Source: Candidatus Nitrotoga sp. SPKER (GTDB lineage: Bacteria; Pseudomonadota; Gammaproteobacteria; Burkholderiales; Gallionellaceae). Taken from it: a stretch of 64,000 nt of DNA. The stretch spans positions 45,422-109,421 of the forward strand of contig QFXG01000028.1 of the NCBI GenBank assembly GCA_003402285.1, written 5' to 3'. Below, piece by piece: positions 59,641 to 64,000 of the stretch. The translations under genes were made by a program, and so were the position numbers. The notes under the pieces are model-generated. The model was not told the origin of the DNA. It worked only from the letters and a program-made list of their open reading frames with translations, and made no database searches. Every line of letters starts with the position of its first letter. Positions within the stretch are counted from its first letter, which is position 1.

Positions 59641-60321
59641 CTAAAACTGACCATCGCGGACGTACGGATAGCTCCATAGAATGGTCTGTAATAAAACAGA
59701 CTTCACCCAAGCGGCATGCATTTTCTCGACATCGGCCGGACTCACACTTTTCTTCGCAAGAAAAGGCTTAAGCGTTGTTGTCACAGGGATCGTGAGCGCG
59801 GGCAGATAGCGGAAATTTACTTGAGGCACACTTTGTATATGATCTGTTTTATTTTTTTTGATCTTGGTGTGACGAAGAGCAATTTCGTATTGATAGTCGA
59901 GCCATGCTTGATCATAGTTCGCATCAGCCGTATCTAATATCCACTGGCCGAATCGTTTACGGACTGCATTCAGGTAGTCACCATCTGGCTGACCTGTCTT
60001 GGTGTTTTTGAAATACTCGACAAGCTCCGGTGTAGACGCAACGAAACCGTACCAAACATCCAGAATGGCATCTGTTTGATTGGCCAAAATCTCTTTGCTT
60101 TTACGCAAATAGAGCACATCCTCATCGGTGAAGAGCAGTGTCTTCTTCAATGACTCCACATCCTTAAGCGTATAAGGTGTAGTCACAGCTGATTTCTGGC
60201 CGAATGTGTATCCGGGAATTTGGGTCTGCGGGCCCAAAGCTGATCCGCTGTGTGCGGATGCGACCGGAACGACTACACCAAGACCAACTGATACCGCAAA
60301 AGAAAATAAACGATTTTTCAT
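59641..60321 (-). CDS. Protoglobin-domain protein with an N-terminal Sec signal peptide
   Basis: MKNRLFSFAVSVGLGVVVPVASA-HS signal. DVWYGFVASTPELVEYF...YEIALRHTKIKKNKTD matches the protoglobin family pattern as I recall it. Confidence 0.65.
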   Translation of the reverse strand: MKNRLFSFAVSVGLGVVVPVASAHSGSALGPQTQIPGYTFGQKSAVTTPYTLKDVESLKKTLLFTDEDVLYLRKSKEILANQTDAILDVWYGFVASTPELVEYFKNTKTGQPDGDYLNAVRKRFGQWILDTADANYDQAWLDYQYEIALRHTKIKKNKTDHIQSVPQVNFRYLPALTIPVTTTLKPFLAKKSVSPADVEKMHAAWVKSVLLQTILWSYPYVRDGQF

Positions 60322-60406
60322 AAATAAATCCTTTGGTGATTAAAATAAAAAAGCTCGAAAATATTGATTTAATGATTTTTAGTTAGGTCAACATGATTTA
60401 TTAAAA

Positions 60407-60417
60407 TAGGATTCCTA
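60407..60417. promoter_or_regulatory. Palindromic candidate operator TAGGATTCCTA upstream of the protoglobin gene
   Basis: Perfect 5-1-5 palindrome, 86-96 nt upstream of the ATG at 60321. The same core recurs at 61143-61153. Confidence 0.4.
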
Positions 60418-60449
60418 AATATTAAAGTTAAAAAAAAGTAATACGACAC

Positions 60450-61109
60450 TTAAACACTTTCAAGCTCCCGCCAGTTTTGAACTGCAACGACTGTTTGGGC
60501 CTGATCATGTTCGGGACAATCGAGACGCAACAAGCTGACAGAAAGTGGCGCATCAACCAACATACAGTGGTGTGGCGTTTCAGAATCAGAATGCCTGTTT
60601 ACAGCAAAGTACTTACATGTGACACAGGCACGGATCTCAGGGAATCGATCCGACTGCTGCAACCTGCCAATTAATGCCAGAAGAGATTTAAACAAAGCAT
60701 CCTGAGTGGACGAAGGAAGACCAGAAACAGCTTCATGCGCAAAACCAACCGAATTGGAAATTTTTGCAGCCAAATCTTGCCCTGATTTTGTTAACCTCAA
60801 TGCCACAGCGCGTCCATCTTCAGAATCACGTCCCTTTTTGATTAATCCTTTAGCTGTGAGCGAAGCAATTGAGTCACTCGCGCTGGCGGCCGTTACGCCC
60901 AGATGTTGAGCTATCCACGATAAACGTACACCTGTTTGTCGTGACCGCAGTGCTTCAAGGATATCCACTTGTGTCGGATTAAGCCCTTCAGTCGTCGCAA
61001 ATTGCCACGTTCCGCTGCGTAATACTGAAGCAATTCTCGTAATGGCACTGACAATACGCTCGCTTTCCGCAGGTGTATCTTGCCAAGGTAAAGTGTCTTT
61101 CGTTTTCAT
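60450..61109 (-). CDS. MarR-family transcriptional regulator with a Cys/His-rich C-terminal extension
   Basis: Winged-helix MarR core (LNPTQVDILEAL...) plus the tail CVTCKYF...HHCML...LDCPEHD. Confidence 0.85.
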   Translation of the reverse strand: MKTKDTLPWQDTPAESERIVSAITRIASVLRSGTWQFATTEGLNPTQVDILEALRSRQTGVRLSWIAQHLGVTAASASDSIASLTAKGLIKKGRDSEDGRAVALRLTKSGQDLAAKISNSVGFAHEAVSGLPSSTQDALFKSLLALIGRLQQSDRFPEIRACVTCKYFAVNRHSDSETPHHCMLVDAPLSVSLLRLDCPEHDQAQTVVAVQNWRELESV

Positions 61110-61142
61110 GTTGATAGTTTCTTCGAAATCCAGATCATTGTA

Positions 61143-61153
61143 AAGGAATCCTA
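61143..61153. promoter_or_regulatory. Second copy of the palindromic motif (AAGGAATCCTA) upstream of marR
   Basis: 10 of 11 positions identical to the reverse complement of 60407-60417. It lies 34-44 nt upstream of the marR ATG at 61109. Confidence 0.4.
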
Positions 61154-61162
61154 ATTAAATAG

Positions 61163-61516
61163 TTACGGCAGAATATCCAGTACAGTTTCAGATGGCCGAC
61201 ACAAGCGTGTTCCCAAGGGTGTGACGACAATCGGGCGATTGATCAAAATCGGATTTGCAATCATGAAATCGATCAATTCGTCATCGCTCCATTTCGGATT
61301 ATCCAGATCCAGCTCTTCAAATAGCGCGTCATTACGGCGTAACACTTCGCGTGCAGGCTTGCCAATGGCCGCGATCAACCTCACCAGTTCGGCACGGCTT
61401 GGCGGCGTTTTCAGATACTCGATAACATGCGGTTCAATACCCCTATCGCGAATCATCGCCAACGTGTTGCGCGAAGTCCCACAGCCAGGGTTGTGATAGA
61501 TCGTTGTGTCACTCAT
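61163..61516 (-). CDS. arsC: glutaredoxin-dependent arsenate reductase
   Basis: TIYHNPGCGTSRNTLAMIR...PILINRPIVVTPLGTRLCRPSETVLDIL is nearly colinear with R773 ArsC. Confidence 0.9.
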   Translation of the reverse strand: MSDTTIYHNPGCGTSRNTLAMIRDRGIEPHVIEYLKTPPSRAELVRLIAAIGKPAREVLRRNDALFEELDLDNPKWSDDELIDFMIANPILINRPIVVTPLGTRLCRPSETVLDILP

Positions 61517-61709
61517 AAGATTATTTTACTGAAAAAATTCAGACCCAATCATACCAAGACTTGGAATTATTGACTAACTACCTAAAGCGTGACGGATACG
61601 TAGATTAGCCTACCCCGCCCCTATGCAAGAGCTGCCAGAAATTGAAACCCCAAAGACTACTGCATGATTTTTCTTCTTGGAAAAATTAAAAAGAATTTAA
61701 TATTTCCAC

Positions 61710-62381
61710 TTAACGCGGGTTTTGCGTCACAAGAAATATCTTTTCCTGCAACTGGGTTATACCCTTGTCACGAAATCGTGGTTCCTTGTCAAGAATATCA
61801 GCGCTATGCAACACGCTCACTTCGCCTGTTTTTTCATAAAGCGCCCTTACCTCCGGCTCTTTCACGCTAAAAGGCGGGCCCTGCATTTCATGCTGGGGAT
61901 AATCAAAGGTGACTAGCAAGGTATTTACCCCAGAAGCCAAAATAGTCTGCATGTGAGCTGCATAAGCACTACGCATCGATGGGGGGAACGCGATAAGTGA
62001 GGCGCGGTCAAAAACTGCGCTCACGCCGACTAAATCTTCTGATGTTAGCTGGAAAAAATCGCCGCAGTAAAGCCGAATGCCTTCTGTCTGGTAGATACTG
62101 AAGGTACCGCGTTTTGTGACTGACGCAAACAGACCGCTTTCAGCAAAGAATGCCTCGACCGCCAATGGACTGATTTCCACACCAACCACTTCATAGCCTT
62201 GTGCTCGCAGCCAAAGCATGTCGCGACTCTTACCACAGAGTGGCACGAACACACGACTGCCCGGCGCAAGGTTCAGTGCAGACCAGAATCGCTGCAAGTG
62301 CGGGTTAATTTCTTTCTGATGAAAACCTGTTTCATTTCTAGACCAACGTTCACGCCAATAATCCGTATCCATATTCATCAA
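61710..62381 (-). CDS. tpm: thiopurine S-methyltransferase
   Basis: YWRERWSRNETGFHQ...VFVPLCGKSRDMLWL...GYEVVGVEISPLAVEAFF, the TPMT signature. Confidence 0.9.
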   Translation of the reverse strand: MMNMDTDYWRERWSRNETGFHQKEINPHLQRFWSALNLAPGSRVFVPLCGKSRDMLWLRAQGYEVVGVEISPLAVEAFFAESGLFASVTKRGTFSIYQTEGIRLYCGDFFQLTSEDLVGVSAVFDRASLIAFPPSMRSAYAAHMQTILASGVNTLLVTFDYPQHEMQGPPFSVKEPEVRALYEKTGEVSVLHSADILDKEPRFRDKGITQLQEKIFLVTQNPR

Positions 62382-62434
62382 CGCTCATCAATCGAATAGT
62401 CAGTTATCAAGAACATGCTAATGCACTTCAAAAT

Positions 62435-62992
62435 TCAATCTCCAGCGTGGCTGCTTTCTTTTCCGTGGTCTTCCGCCCTGTGGGTCAGAAACAGCGAAGC
62501 ACCAACCAAAGCAATAGCGCCGCCAAGATAAAGCAGATCGAGCGGAGACGATATTTTCATATTCATCGCTTCTTCAAACAGAGTAACGATTAAGATCATC
62601 AGAATTACCTTGGCCAGCCGCGCTTTTAGATCATCCAGACTCGCGATAACCAGAATCTTACTGGAGGTCTTGCTGCCATGTGCTTCATCAATGTCACTGA
62701 CAAACAATTCATACATACCAAGCGAGAAAATCAGCATGAAAGTAGCAAGCAGGTAGCCATCCACCACTTCCACCACATGGCTGATGGTCTGGTCATGAAG
62801 AAGCTTGCGTGCCTCTTCGGTCAGAGTGGTATCGGCGTAAGGTAGCATGTGGCCGACAAGGTACACCACATCCACTGTGGCCATGTAGAAAATCGCAATA
62901 GCAGCGGCCATGCTTGCCACAACGGCGACTACCACTACGAAGCGTCCGTTCCACAACGTCGCTTCGAACCATTTTTCGATAGCTTTTAACAT
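62435..62992 (-). CDS. yqhA: YqhA (UPF0114) family membrane protein
   Basis: E..LW.GRF N-terminus, VDGYLLATFMLIFSLGMYELFVS and LDDLKARLAKVI pattern. Confidence 0.8.
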   Translation of the reverse strand: MLKAIEKWFEATLWNGRFVVVVAVVASMAAAIAIFYMATVDVVYLVGHMLPYADTTLTEEARKLLHDQTISHVVEVVDGYLLATFMLIFSLGMYELFVSDIDEAHGSKTSSKILVIASLDDLKARLAKVILMILIVTLFEEAMNMKISSPLDLLYLGGAIALVGASLFLTHRAEDHGKESSHAGD

Positions 62993-63145
62993 GTTGGTAT
63001 TTTATTTCCTGATAGCTAAATGCGAAAAACAAGTTTATGAAACACCGTGAACCCACCTAAAAATATTTTAGGATTAATGATGATCAAACACAAAGTAAGC
63101 AGAGTTTTTCTGGTGTAAATATCAGGATAGTTATAAGTCATAATA

Positions 63146-63183
63146 AATAAAAAAGGCTTACAGGGTTTAAGCTGCAAGCCTTT
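63146..63183 (-). terminator. rho-independent terminator of the Gly-Cys-Pro tRNA operon
   Basis: Minus strand reads AAAGGCTTGCAGCTTAAACCCTGTAAGCCTTT followed by TTTTATTTATT. Confidence 0.7.
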
Positions 63184-63191
63184 GATTTGTC

Positions 63192-63268
<77 letters not shown>

Positions 63269-63333
63269 AAAGGGCAAATTATAACAGAGCAAAGAAATCC
63301 ACGGATAAAATTTTGGGCTAAATACGCTTGAAA

Positions 63334-63407
63334 TGGAGGCGGGGGTCGGAATCGAACCGGCGTACACGGCTTTGCAGGCCGCTGCATGACCACTCTGCCA
63401 CCCCGCC
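63334..63407 (-). tRNA. tRNA-Cys (GCA)
   Basis: Reverse complement is GGCGGGGTGGCAGAGTGGTCATGCAGCGGCCTGCAAAGCCGTGTACGCCGGTTCGATTCCGACCCCCGCCTCCA, with a U73 discriminator. Confidence 0.9.
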
Positions 63408-63462
63408 ATGTTGCGGATGCTTTAATAAAATAAAGGGAAAGCAAGACACTTTCCCAAGAAGT

Positions 63463-63538
<76 letters not shown>

Positions 63539-63907
63539 AAAAATCGAAGTCCGCATTATAGTGATATTGCTATCAGTGTCAAGAAAACGGCATAAGTTCT
63601 TATCGCACAAAGCAACTCTTCAGGCTGGTGGCATATGATTTTCCGGTATAACTCACCCCGAGAAACTATATAAATTTGATCCTATAACTCAAAAAAAGAA
63701 GCAGAATCCAAAACGCACCGTTTATTTTCTATAATACCGAGCAAATCAATAGATTACTGGCAAAAATGCGCTCGCTCAATTCATTCATTACCCAACTTGA
63801 TTGAGAAAAAAATTACGATGTTTTTGCTAACGTGGCAGGCATCTCTGTATAATGCACGTTGTGAAATGAATCTGTTAGCAATCCTCATTCCAAACTTGCT
63901 TTATCTC

Positions 63908-63996
63908 GCCCGGGTGGTGAAATTGGTAGACACAACGGACTTAAAATCCGTCGGCTGGAAACGGCTGTACCGGTTCAAGTCCGGTCCCGGGCACCA
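63908..63996 (+). tRNA. tRNA-Leu (TAA), class II with long variable arm
   Basis: GCCCGGGTGGTGAAATTGGTAGACACAACGGACTTAAAATCCGTCGGCTGGAAACGGCTGTACCGGTTCAAGTCCGGTCCCGGGCACCA. Confidence 0.9.
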
Positions 63997-64000
63997 ATAT

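Overview
About 60 protein genes, 7 tRNAs and one IS element from a Gram-negative chromosome. Content and synteny look betaproteobacterial (uvrC-pgsA-tRNAs, metX-metW-ampG, EIIA-HPr-EI next to gshA); this is inferred, with no rRNA or database support. Background G+C is roughly mid-40s % by hand counts. The core is housekeeping: an OMF-MFP-RND efflux operon, uvrC/pgsA, metXW, cysTWA-cysB, PTS, gshA, ybiT, ald, yafJ.

Accessory content:
- A sulfate-scavenging cluster with two Sbp/CysP paralogs, an alginate-export-family porin, a TOBE protein and an unknown 84-aa ORF.
- An IS1595-family element with intact target-site duplication.
- A 14-kb iron island: FecI/FecR, a TonB-dependent transducer, then ATP-grasp / IucA-IucC / MFS / IucA-IucC / PLP-decarboxylase genes in vibrioferrin pvsABCDE order, an HpcH-type aldolase and a PepSY protein.
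- A HipA-like kinase translationally coupled to a DUF3037 gene.
- An orphan DUF3800 gene behind a perfect 25-bp tandem duplication.
- A redox cluster: redoxin, AhpD-like, signal-peptide protoglobin, Cys-rich MarR, arsC.

Best candidates for an undescribed system are the HipA-like/DUF3037 pair, the DUF3800 locus and the unknown ORFs at the left edge. Three accessory genes carry in-frame stops (TAG, TAA, TGA). The receptor gene shows a sharp G+C break and a G9 tract. All product calls rest on remembered family motifs, not searches.
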